Origin: Callorhinchus milii
Lineage: Eukaryota
Direction of reading: 5' to 3'
Length of the DNA: 64,000 nt
NCBI RefSeq assembly: GCF_018977255.1
Contig: NW_024704758.1
Coordinates: forward strand, 5,456,001-5,520,000
A model generated the notes under the pieces. That model did not search any database and was not told where the DNA came from. It was given only the letters and a program-made list of their open reading frames with translations. A program made the position numbers and the translations under genes. Position 1 is the first letter of the stretch. Every line of letters starts with the position of its first letter. Shown piece by piece: positions 37,236 to 49,324 of this stretch.

Positions 37236-40206
37236 GCCTTATTAGGATTAGTATGACTGAAGGGCCCATAATATCTGACTCTACCAAGGCTATGCAGCAG
37301 GAAGGAGGCTGAAAGATCATCAGGTAATGGGATCATCACAGATGAAGAAAGCCTTTGACCATTTGATCTCATATACTTTCAGAATAGTCACCCTACCACC
37401 TTCTCATTTACAGATCAAGCTGCATCGCGAATAAGTGCAGAATTGTGACTTCTGTTATCCTTCCTTGTAACTTGTTCTGCATTTGAATTACCATCAGTGT
37501 TTGCACTGGAATTGCCTTCTTATGCATTTGCTTCAGTTTTTTTCTCTCGGTTTCTACTGCCATGAACCCTGTACACATGCCTGAAATATTTATTTAATAG
37601 GTTGAATTACATGCGATCTTTGTTGAAACTGCATTAATTTCAAATAATCCAATGCAATGCCTTCCAAAGTCTAATAAATGTGACTGGTTGCAGACAACGG
37701 CCATCTGCTTAAGTGTTCTTTTATTTTTAGAACAAGTAAAACAGAATGTTTAGTAATAAATTAAACTTTTCAAGAGATGAGTAAAAGCTAATCTCCCCAT
37801 TAATCACAGAGAAGCTGACTTGCCCCAATTCATCTTGTGTTGCAGTAGTGTTACACACAACTATTATGAAGGTAATCAATGCTTGCTTGCTGTGTGGTAG
37901 CACTATTGAAAAGTTTCCAACATTTGGGTTGCATTGCATTTGGGGATAAACTTCAGTGAAGTGACATCCTCACCCAAAGATGTCATGCATAGTTATTAAA
38001 CGTTCAAGAGATGTTCAAGGCAAGAAAACAGGTGAGTCGCAATTTTGTTGCACAGTTTTTTTTGTGCTGATGGTTTTGTGATAGTGCCTTGGACAGGAAA
38101 GAACAGCCACAACTTGCACTTACACAGTGCCTTTCATGCAGGATAGCATCTTGGAGTGCTTAACAGTGGCAGGGACTGAGGCAAGGCCTGGCTTAGTCTA
38201 AAATCTCTTCCCAATGACTATATCTACCTTCCGTCGTTCAGTCCTGTTACTCTGGCCTACCATTTCCCTTTGGGAGCACATCAATTTCATTCTGAAGCAA
38301 TGTACCAATGCAGGGAAAAATGCAGAGTAATTTATGAATTCAAATCCTTAGAAACCATAGGGATTAATCGCATCCTGAGTAATTATGATGATTTTGTCTT
38401 TGTAATTGTTTCTTGCTGGTAATCTTGTTGTACTTACCTTAGATGCTCATTTGCATGGATATTGATAATGGCCAATTTTTCAATGATTTTGCAATTTTTT
38501 CCATGGTTATAACATTCACTGCATTACAAACATGCAATATTATAATATATGATCCTGCATTGAATTTGGTATTGATGCAATACAGAATTCTTATTCAATA
38601 CCATTCCCCACATCACACATCTACTGACAGCCTTGAGTACTTTTGATGTAGCTCTTTGGCACACAATACAGCCAGAACTCGCTCTTCATGCATTTCCATC
38701 CTCTCAACTTGCCGATGCTCAGTACGCACTCCATTGCTGTTCTGGGTAGCCTTTTCACATTAGTCAAGTGGTTTACAGCTTTTTTTGCTCTTATCACAAG
38801 CCTTACTTAAGAAGGTAGTTGAATCCTAATCTAATTTCATGAAAGCGATTGATTGATTCTGCCACTAAATGTGAACATTCAGAATTCACTAACAGTCCAT
38901 GCTTAGCTCTCTCTCCCTTACACCCAGCCTTTGCCATCTGACCTCAATAATGAAACTTCGGCTATGTTTCACAGTTGGAATTATAGGAATACTACATAGT
39001 TTATTGGCTGAGATATTAGACCAAGGGAATAGCTCCGTGTCAAACTGTGCCATTGTTAATTACTCCGAGATGCCAGCCCATGTGCAAGTTGTCTGGGGAA
39101 GCAATAATTCACCATTTCCTTTCTCAATACCATAGTTTACACTTGTTAATGCCCACTAAAGGATTTTCATTAGCGCCAATAATATAATTTGAATTGGAAG
39201 TGAATAATTGTCTGTCTGAGATGGTAGCTATGATTTGACTCTTAAATTAATTCGAGATCTGGTCTGTCAAATGATATTTTTAAATTTATCAGGAGTCAGT
39301 TTTTAAGCAATTTATTTTTAAAAAAAAGAAACTTGGAAAATTATCTGGCTTCATTGCCCTAAGGGCTCAGTGTAATTGCACAGGCAAGAAAATAATTGAT
39401 GTAGCAAGTTTTGCCTGTATTCTTGAAAAAAGAATAATATTGCGAAAGCTGTAACACATCTCAAGTGAGATAATAAACTGCTAAATTTCTACTTTCCTGC
39501 TAGACAGAAATAAATCCAGAAAGGTATTCCTTTTTTTCACATATCCTCAAGTTAGCCATCTTATCTATATACCTGTCTTCCTCCCCATTAACTTAACCTG
39601 TCTGTCTATCTCTACTTATCTACCTCTCTCTACTTCATTGTCTGTCTACATAACTGTACATTTGTATCTGTCCATCTATCTTTCCTCTCTTTTCTCTTTA
39701 TTCTTCTCTGTGTCCTTTTCTGTCTCTCTTAATCTCTAGCTTTCTATCAAATCTACCATAGCTTATCAAACTCATCTCTTTTACCTATCACTGAAGGTCT
39801 GTCTATTGTAGCTTTTCATGCTAAGAACACTAAATTTCCAAGCAACATGACCCAATTCTCTAGAATGATACATTAGCATAATCTGGAACAGGACAGCTAT
39901 ATCCAGTGACGCCACATAAAATCAGATGGTTAATAATGAATACAGTACTTGAATACTGTGTCTGGAAAACTGTATGTGAAAAGGTTCCAATAACAGAGCT
40001 GCGTAGAGAAATTCCACCTGGGTCTAGATTTACTTCTTTTGTTCTGGTTAACACACGTTCAGATAAAATTGGTCATTCACTTCATGGCGATTTGAAAGAC
40101 ATTGGCGTGAGCAAATTGGCTGCTTCTCTACAAAATAGTCACTATTTCCTGTCACTACAGCTTACAGCAAATCCTGTGAGACACTCTGAGACCCTACAAA
40201 AGCCGT

Positions 40207-40450
40207 GGAGTTCTGTAGCTCAGTGGTTAGAGCACTCGCCTTGCAAGCGAGAGACCTGAGTTCAATTCCAGGCAGAGGGCGAAACCTTGGGCAAGTTTCC
40301 TTACTCCACACGCTGTGCGCAATTGGCTGCCGCATTTGCCCACAAATATACAGTCAATTCACTTTACAGTGTGTTCTGTGAAGCGCTTTGGGACGTCCTC
40401 CCGACGTGAAAAGCGCTATATCAAATGCAAGGATTATTATTATTATTATT
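40207..40450 (+). mobile_element. Young SINE copy with an internal deletion, directly after an older SINE remnant (40063-40197)
   Basis: Same head and tail as the 61707 copy. It jumps from ttactccacac directly to gctgtgcgcaatt. Confidence 0.9.
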
Positions 40451-40589
40451 TATCTGTGATGCTTTATAATCCCTTTGCAATCGGAGAGTATCAGACAGCT
40501 TCTGCCTTGACAAGTTTGAACCTTGGTGAACAAAAATAGGGTAAATAAGTAATGATTTAGTTAAATATGTACGAAGCTGGTATCAAGCC

Positions 40590-41450
40590 AGCCTTGTGAG
40601 GTGCTTCTGTCACGTTGGGATACTCGATATACTTGGGTCGCCTGCGCTTGGATTGTAACCCAACAAAACCCACACTGTCCTCTAAATGGGACGTGGCGTG
40701 TTCTGTGTGCGGCTCAGGGAACAAGCGGTGGAGCTGGTCAAGGAGCTGAGAGGACAGGGGAGGTGGTCCCGAACCGCTTGCGCTGCGGTCACGTTTTCGT
40801 GCAGTGACACGAGACGGGAATCAATCAGCGAGGTTTGAGAGAGAGAAAGAGAGAGATAGAGAGATAGAGAGAGGGGGGGGGATAAGCTTGTGATGCGCTT
40901 TGTGCAGTTGAACAGACGAGAATCCTTTGTTAGTCTCTTACCAGCGACTGTCAATCCAGTACCACGGAGAGCGCCCGAGGCTCCATCCGACTCCAGTCAA
41001 CAACACCTCCTCCCAAGAGGCTCCCCATCACCTCTCACCATCCACACAAGTCACCCTCAGTTTTCGAAGGGGGTGAAATAATTCTCCTGGAAATGAAATC
41101 CCAAAACGCTTTCCCCTTCATCCTGAATCCACAGGCGGGACGGTGGGACGTACACCCGGACACCAGCAATTAGAGGGATATCCTGGGATGAGCACATCTA
41201 CAACCTCGACCTCCTTTCCCCAGGTTTAAGGAGAAAATGCTGTTCAGATCTCAACAGGGGATGATGGTTTTCAGGGGCAATTTTTTTTCTCTCTCGTTGC
41301 TGTCACGGTTCTAACACGTTGTAATCTCCCCCGAGGGCTTTCTCTTCTATGAATGCGCGTGTGGGATATTTTATATTCCAGGAATATCTCATCATATTTC
41401 CAGCAAAGCCTCGTATCCTCAGGTGGAAAATGATCACCAGATTCAAAGAG
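40590..41450 (+). promoter_or_regulatory. CpG-enriched promoter-like segment ending in a strong splice donor (GAG|GTAAGT at 41450/41451)
   Basis: Visibly many CpGs against a depleted background, a (GA)n tract at 40837-40873, the RE1, and no recognisable SINE/LINE sequence. Confidence 0.45.
40955..40975 (+). promoter_or_regulatory. RE1/NRSE (REST-binding) element candidate
   Basis: TCCAGTACCACGGAGAGCGCC versus consensus TTCAGCACCACGGACAGCGCC: 18/21 matches with canonical half-site spacing. Confidence 0.7.
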
Positions 41451-42910
41451 GTAAGTTTCTTGTTTTATTGTGGAAAAAAAAGAGCTCTCTGTATTTTGGG
41501 TGGAGGGTTATTGTAACGTGGACTGAAACCGTGTTAATTAGAGATTGCAACGTAATTCGCTTTGTCCTTTACTGAGAGCATTTCAATGTCTTATCCCACA
41601 GTTTGAATCCCACGAGAACAGCGTTAGATATGAAAGGAACCAGTTAAGATCAAGAAAAAAAATAACCTGATTGGGAATGAAACACGATTTTGCTCCTCAA
41701 TTTCCTGGCAGAAGAAAGGGGCATTTTATCCGTGGGAATGCTGGAATAATTTTTTTTCTTAGCAACTAATGAAATCGGGATCTTTCCAATGAATGTGTTG
41801 TTGAAGTGCAAACGGTGCATCTCAACGCATTGTGTGTACATTCAGGAGCTATTGGCGTCCTCTCCAATTGATAGGTTGTGCAATCTTTAAGGACAATTGG
41901 AAATGCATTGCATTTGCCCAGAGTTCAGTTGATTTTGAAATCAGTCCAAATACACACCTGATTCTCTCTCCCCCCCCCCCCCATCACCCCCTCCTCTCCC
42001 CGGGACGGTCAACCCCAACGTGGCCCTGTGGAGGTTGATTGAAATTGACATGTACCCATGGAGGAGCTCAGTGGGTCAGTAGGAACCAATGATGTTGAGG
42101 CAGTGGGAGATGTTGTGGTCGCTTGTTGGTCAGCTGTAGTGAGAAGGAGGTCAGGTTAGCTCCTCGGGGGATAACTTTAACAAAGTCACTTTTATCTGTG
42201 ACCGATATAACATTCCGGAGACATCTGCATGGTCCAGAACATACACCAGAGACGATGCCTTGTTATTTCTGTACGTCGAGGTGAGGATTAGCCTGATTTA
42301 CTTTTGGGGGGAAGGGTAGATCCTCCAGTTCCTCGTCAATATTTTAACCCGTCCAACCTATTCACCCTCTTCTTTCTGAGGAAAAGCTAATATGTTTGTG
42401 TTTAAAATCATCGTTCCACTCGGGAATTGCATGCTCTTAAATTTTGGTTTGTGCTATGGATGGATGAAAGAAGTGAGCCACCTTGGCCATCATCAAACTT
42501 AATCCAGTCTTTTTAAATAATGTATGCAATCAGGAAAGTAGAGTAAGGATCCGGCCGAAAAATGTAGGATACAACCGAACATGGTGTAGTGCAACGATTG
42601 GGGCACAAGATGAATTAAGTTGGGAGGGGCACTGAATTTAAACTTTAAATCTGTAGGTTGTCGGAAGGTAAGACTTGAAGGGGGTGGTGATGATGGGAGA
42701 GAGAAGATTTGTAGGAATGAAAGAGATTAAGTAGGAGATGGTACATTGAGTTGTAATTTCATGATGATAACAATACAGGGCACATTGCACGATACAATAG
42801 GTTATAGTAACAACAGCGGACTGGGGATGGAGCCTCAAATGGCTTCACACAGCTGGACTGGATTAGTACCTGTTTGGTGGAGATATCAATGACTCTGGCA
42901 GTATTGAGTG

Positions 42911-43431
42911 AAACAACAATAAAATTACATTTGCATAGTGCCTTTCACGTAGGTTGGACGTCCCAAGGTGCTGGACAGTCAGTGTTTCGGACCCAAGCTG
43001 GGGGTTGGGATCAGGGAGGGTGGAGGGCAGGGGAAAAGGAGGGCGAATCAAAGGCACGGTCAAAGAGGAGGTTCTTGAGATAGGTCTTCAAGGAGGCAGG
43101 ATAGGGGGCAGGCAGAGGGACTGCGGGATGGAGTTCCAGAGGGCGCGGTCGCGGTGCCTGAAGCTGGGGCACATGAAGCATACTGGAGCCCACTGAGCGG
43201 AGAGAGTGGGCTGGTTGGTAGGAGGTTATGAGGTTCCAGAGGTAGGGGGGAGCAAGGCCATGGAGGGCTTTGAAGGTGAGGACCAGGATCTTGAACTGTA
43301 TCCTCTGTGTAATGGGAAGCCAGTGGAGTGAGGCGAGGATGGGGGCGATAGGGTCATGGAGCCTGGTGCAGGAGAGGTCATGGGCTGCAGAGTTCTGGGT
43401 TATCTGCAGCCTATGGAGGGAGGAGTGGGAG
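42911..43431 (-). mobile_element. L2 LINE 3' fragment, minus strand
   Basis: ORF 43011-43502 (-) contains LHWLPITQRIQFKILVLTFKALHGLAPPYL and the L2 tail. Smaller L2 3' remnants at ~4575-4785 (+), 44297-44515 (-), 25680-25915 (+) and 60040-60355 (+). Confidence 0.88.
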
Positions 43432-46400
43432 AAAAGAGGAAAGGCAGAGCCTGAAGTGAGAGAATTATCATATTTCAGCAGGTGTTCCCACTGAGAACCC
43501 ATAATCAGTACAATATGGCCTTCAGGTGTGTGGCTTTCATACCCTTTATAAACAGTTTACTGCCAGCACCCAACTACAACTTTTTTTTACATTGCGACAC
43601 ATGTACTTCTCTATACGTCTTTCACATTTTTACACATTTACTTGTTTTACACATGTCTTTGCTGCACTAGGGCTGTTCTGTCAAAGGGATGAAAAAGACC
43701 TTTGGTGTTGATAGTGTAAATGAGAGCAGCAATTGGTAATTAAGAAAAAAGTGGTCTGATTTGGAATATCTATTGTATTGGGGCTATAAATGTTTGCTGG
43801 AACAGTAATCCTGACCAGTCAGTGGTAAAATTCACTCTTAATTTATAAAGCAGTTTCCCTCACAACTTTTAAGATTTAGAGAAAAACAGTTTCCAAATGT
43901 ATTTATTTTCCAAAAGTTCAGCACTATCCCTCATTTAAAGACAATGGTATTAAGCCTAAAACCATGTGAAATGTCAGGTCTCCTGTGTCATAAAATAGTT
44001 TGGTCTAAAGTACATATCGGCCACACATATGTAATCTCTCTTCAATAACCAATCATTTTGGATGTCAGTGTCATTGAATTGATATCACTGTCAAATGGGT
44101 ATATTACTATTAACAATCTGCGATGGGACTAAAACTGCAGGCAGTTTGTTTACACATTTGTTTAAGGAAATTTATATCGCATGGGGTGCTTTTCTTTGGT
44201 AATGTGACCAGATTGCGGAGAAATGTAGCAAATGTTTCCTGATTTAGTTCCATTTAGTTCCCTTTTTAGATGCATTTAAAGCTAAGTTGCTAAGTTCAAC
44301 AGCAACAACAAATTGCATTTATATAGCGCTTTTCACGTGAGGAAACAAAGTGGTTTCCACCTGAGATGGGGGTTGGAGTCGAGGGAGGGGGGTGGAAAGT
44401 AAGGGAGGTGGGATGGGAACATGACCATAGGCAAGTTTTGGGATGCGTCTTGAAGAGGGCGAGAGAGGTGGTGAGGCAAAGGGACTCTCGGATGGAGCTC
44501 CAGAGGGTGGGAACAATAATTAATTGCATGGTTGCCTATGATTACCCAGTCACCACACTTTACAGTAAATCTTGCAAAGCACTTTGAGATGTTTCAAAGA
44601 CCTGATAATGAGTTATATTAAATGCAAGGATTATGATTACTGCATTTTTCCTGGGTTGATGCAGTGAATGTAAATGCAATAAAGCTTTCACCCTGCACCA
44701 TTTCATCTGTTTTACATTTGTTTAGTCCAGTGAAAAGTTAACTCTACAGGTGGTAATTAACACTTGAGTCCTTTCATTTGTGGCTTGGACGGGGGAGGCC
44801 TTAGTATGCAAACAGCTGCAGCTGTCTTTCACGCAGAAATCACAAAATCTTAACTAGTGCTGCGGCCAAAGGGAATTGGTTCCTCCACAATGTTAAAATA
44901 CCCTTGGATAACATTGGTATGGATTCTCATGCAATAGGTGTCAGCCTGGCTCAAGTTCAAGCATCTTCACCTCTAGGCCAGAAGGATGTGGGTTCAAGCC
45001 CCACATCAATAATTATAAACTTGTGGTCTAGGCTGCGCTTTAGTACATTGCTATGGGAGTGCCGTGTTATCAGAGGTCAGTCAATCAGGTGAAACATTTA
45101 AACCAAGGGTCCCCTCTGTCTGTTCAGGGGGATGTTAAAGATCCCATGACACCTCTTGAAAAGAAAAGTGAGTTTCTTCTAATGTCTTGTCAAACAATCC
45201 TCTAGAGAAGAAAAAAAACTGATCATTATCTTCAGACTGTTTCTGTGATGCTGCTGTGTGCAAAATTGGTTGCTGTGTTTGCCTACAACAAAGAATCACT
45301 GCACTTCACAGAAATGTTGTGAAATGCTTTGAGACCTTCTTGATTTATAAGCATTATGGAAGGATTATTAGCACAGCCAGGAACCTTGAACTATAATGGA
45401 GTAGGATTTGCAAAACTTAAAGCACATACAGTCAGTTGTTTTGGGTTTACTTAGCCCTGATAGGTTGCAGTTGTGTGATCAAAGAGCCTATTAATATGGA
45501 CTCTGGCATAGTGGGGAAATTGGTGAGTTATTGTTTCTTGTTTTGATGAATGTTTATTTCACTTTGATATAATACTTTGCAATAATTCAAATTAATTGTA
45601 CCTGCCAGACTATTATTAATGCTGTGTATCAGACTGAGCTAATTAAAGGGGCAGGCTCCGCCAGGGGAATTTTCTGCTCCGTGTATGAGGCATTGATCTG
45701 TTTTTCAACAATTATGTTGGCCACTATGGTATACAATCAAGAAGGAGGCTCAGCCAAGACTGAGTTGTGGTCAGTTGTGACTTGGAGTTTAAGACCATAA
45801 CCTTGTAACTCGGAGGTGAGAGTCTGAGCAAGTGAGCCGGGCTGACACCATATAACATTCACTTCATTTTCAATTCATCTCCTACCAAGAATTGTGTGCC
45901 CTTATTTTTACACGAGAGGCCCTATCCAAATTTAAGTTATCATAGCTAAAAGTAAGGAATTTTAAGAAGGTCTTGTGGTTTTGACTCATGTAAAAACAAA
46001 GCCCGATTTTGGTGCTGTGTGAGAAACTTCAAGCTAATGTACTGTTCTGGGCAGTGTGGCTACTTTGGTTTATAAGAACTGTGAATTTTCACAGTTTAAA
46101 GAACGGCCCATTTGGCAGCTCAAACCGACAAGATGTATGGGCAGAACACGAGAAAGGTGCTATTCTACAGTCCTTTGGACTGACGAGCCAGCAAGTTATT
46201 TTGAGAAGCAATGGCTTTCCCTGCACTGAGCTAGGATCAAATTAACACTTGGTGCAAATGTGCCTATGTGAGTCAGCCACCTGTCAATGCCTGTAGGTAG
46301 GGGCGTGCTGTTGAATGTGTGTTTAATCTGATTAAAGGATTCCTTCAGGTTAGTTATCCGAATTCTACTACATGATGATTAATGGGCCAATGACCTTTTT

Positions 46401-48059
46401 TGAATCTGATAAATTAGTTTTTTTAGGTTAATTTTAAAACTTTTAAAAGCTTGCATTGAGTGTTGCAATTGAAAGGTGTCTGCATGTGGAAACTAAAGTA
46501 GGGAATGAAATGCTTGTAATTTACTATCAGTCAATCATTCGGAGGGTCCCAGTGATCTGCTTCTTCACCAGGAAGAGGCCAGTCAGGAATATGTTGGATG
46601 TAACTGGAAACCTAAAAGTGGTGTCTTGTGCAGCAAACAGAATAAATGGAATATGATGCATTGATTCCGGGGCAGGGCCAATAAATGGTAGGCAAGTTTA
46701 CTTATTCCACGTGCCTCTATTTACCCAGCAGTAAGTAGGAACCCAGTTTTTAGTCAATTGGCAGATTGCTTTTTCAGGACTAATAATGTCGCACAGCCAC
46801 ACAATGCCAAGGCTTTTGTGGAATACAAATATACAAACCAGAAGGCAAAGAGGCAATAGAACATTTTAGATGTAAATAGTTTATGCATAGAGTGGCCAAT
46901 ATATTGAACAGTTTGCCCCAGAGAGGCAATGAAGAGTGCTACCATGGATGGGCTGGAAGGAATTCAATATTTTTTGGCACAGAAAGGAGATTTGAAGGGG
47001 GTAAACAATTTACACGTATATAGTTCTTACACTTTAGGAGGACACCCCAAGGTGCTTAAAATGGCGGTGGGGGGGGAGACCAAAGTGCAGGCAAAGAGAT
47101 AGGTTTTGAAACAGAACTTGAATAAAGTGAAGAAGACTGAAGTCAGAGGGTCTCTGGGATGGAGTTCCAGAGAATAGGGGCAAATAGACTAAAAACCCGT
47201 TAAGTGACATAGGAAATGGGACAGCCCAGTGGACTCTTGGGTGGTCCTGGTCCTCGACATTAATATTCCTATATTCGTAAATCCCTTTGTAGGTGTGCAC
47301 ACAGGGAGAAGGGAATAGAGAATATGCAAGAGGGGGTTATAAAGGGAGTCGACCCATGTGGAGGATAAACATTGGCAATGACTCGTTGGGCCAAATGGCT
47401 TCCTATAACATTCTATGTAATTTTAAGTCGAGGGGAAACAGTGGGGAGGGAGGGAGGAAGACATAAAGCAGAGGGACGGTCCTTTAGGTCTGTTCTCACA
47501 CTAATCCCATCGTTAACCCTGGAGGGTTCTGTCCTGCAGAGTGTTACTGCTCTCTATAGATGCGACAAGAAAAAAAGAGTAATCGTACAGTGAGTTATTT
47601 TGTATATTTGCGGTACAGTATTTTTTTTTCCTGCGTTGCTACTATATTGATATGGTGATGGAGTTGTGCAATCATTAATTCCCGGTGCCATTTCCCGAAG
47701 CTGCCTTTGTTTTGGGGACATTCCTCGTGAAAAAGGCTCTTTACGAATGCAAAATGAAAACTGCTGCAGACAACCATCATAATTGCATCAATTTAGTTCC
47801 ACATCGGGAGGACATCCCAGTGAAGGCTCCTTAGTTGGGGGGTTGGAGTCAAGAGGGGTAGAGGGCAAAAAGGGGGACGGGGGTGGGGAGGGTGACTAAA
47901 GAGAAAGAATATTGAGACAGTAACAGTATAACCGTAAATCCCAGCGTTCAGAGAGCGGAACACTCACTCACTCACATTCAGACTGAAAATAAGTCCACTC
48001 GGGTCACAGCAGATTTTTTTTGTTGTTCATCTGAGGCTTTGCGCACCCAAAGGAATGGT

Positions 48060-48627
48060 TGGATTCCCGGGGTGGGGGGGGGGGGGGTGGGGGGTGTCGG
48101 GTCTCCCGGGGTGTGGGTGGGGGGGGGGGGTGTGGGGGGTGTCGGGTCTCCCGGGGTGTGGGTGGGTGTATGGAGGGGGGTTGGGGGGTTGGTGGCTGTG
48201 TGCAGGGCTGACTGTGTCGGGGGCGGCTCTGCAAACCTACTCAGACCCACACAACTCGATCCCCCAAGTTGGGACCGGGGGGTCAGTCAGTCACAGTCAC
48301 ACAGTCACTGTCAGTCACTGATGTAAATGAGAGGAATGGATCTCCGCACTCGTCAGTCAGGAGATCGCTGTCAGTTCATTCACAGCTCGTCCCGTCTGCG
48401 ATCCTCATCCCTTTACCCCCCCACCCCCACCCCCACCCCACCACCAACCCCAACCCCCCACACCCCCACACCCCCTCTTCCCTCCCTTCAACGATAGACA
48501 TGTGTTTTCCTTCCTGAGAATGCGCTAAACCTTTTTTTCTCTCCTTTCTTCTTGTTGCCCCCCCCCCCCCCCTCCTCCTCCTCCTTCCTCCTCCTCCGTG
48601 GATTGTGCTCAGACCCCCAGTGCCACC
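48060..48627 (+). promoter_or_regulatory. ABCC8 proximal GC-rich promoter/5'UTR region with G-quadruplex-prone tandem repeat
   Basis: G-run repeats of ~46 bp (GGGGGTGTCGGGTCTCCCGGGGTGTGGGTGG) at 48067-48170, a cluster of TCAGT/CAGTCA motifs at 48282-48376, then C/pyrimidine tracts up to the ATG. Confidence 0.5.
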
Positions 48628-48775
48628 ATGTCCTTGGCTTTCTGTGGCAATGACAACGACACGGCGGCTTACAACGTGGACCAGGGGGTCCTCAACAACG
48701 GCTGCTTCGTGGACGCGCTCAATGTGGTCCCACACGTATTCCTGCTCTTCATCACCTTCCCCATCCTATTTATAG
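48628..48775 (+). CDS. ABCC8: ABCC8 (SUR1) coding exon 1, 148 nt
   Basis: Kozak-type GCCACCATG start. Encodes [49 protein letters not shown](G), donor G|gtaagc. [10 protein letters not shown] and LNVVPH are SUR1-type. Cys6, Cys26 and the N10 sequon are retained. Confidence 0.96.
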
Positions 48776-49140
48776 GTAAGCTCTCCCCCCCCCCCCACCA
48801 CCCCCAAACCCCCCACTCCCCCCCCCACTCCCACCACCCACTCCCCTCCCCCCCAAACCCCCCCACTCCCCCTCCCTCCTCCTGCAAAATCACGAGCGTT
48901 TTATTTTACGCGTTTGCGGTCATTTATTTTGTTTGCATTCCCCCTCCCCAACTCCCTCCCCCCTCCCCATTCCCTCCCCCACCCACCTCTCAAAAAAAAA
49001 AAAAAAATCCCAGAGAGAAAATTGTACAAATGCATTTTTTTTTATTCCGCATGTGACATTTCCACTGCAATCTCTCTCTCTCTCCCTCTCTCCTCTCTCT
49101 CTCTCTCTCCCTCTCTCCCTCTCTCCCCGTGTTTTGAAAG

Positions 49141-49282
49141 GATGGGGCAGTCAAAGTTCCAAAGTGCACATCCACCACAGCACTTGGCTGCACTTCCCGG
49201 GCCACAACCTGCGATGGATCCTCACTTTTATTCTCCTGTTCGTGCTGGTGTGCGAGATTGCGGAGGGCATCGTTTCGGACGG
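49141..49282 (+). CDS. ABCC8: ABCC8 coding exon 2, 142 nt
   Basis: ttttgaaag|GA TGG...GG|gtgagt. Encodes [46 protein letters not shown](G). KVHIHHST is SUR1-type. Confidence 0.96.
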
Positions 49283-49324
49283 GTGAGTGTGGTTTACGGC
49301 TCGGTCTGTTGGTGCTATTTTTAC

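Noticed and set aside
35087-37760. A specific USH1C poly(A) signal
   Set aside because: Several candidates exist (ATTAAA 35087; AATAAA ~36580, 37176, 37673, 37755) and the sequence alone cannot choose among them.
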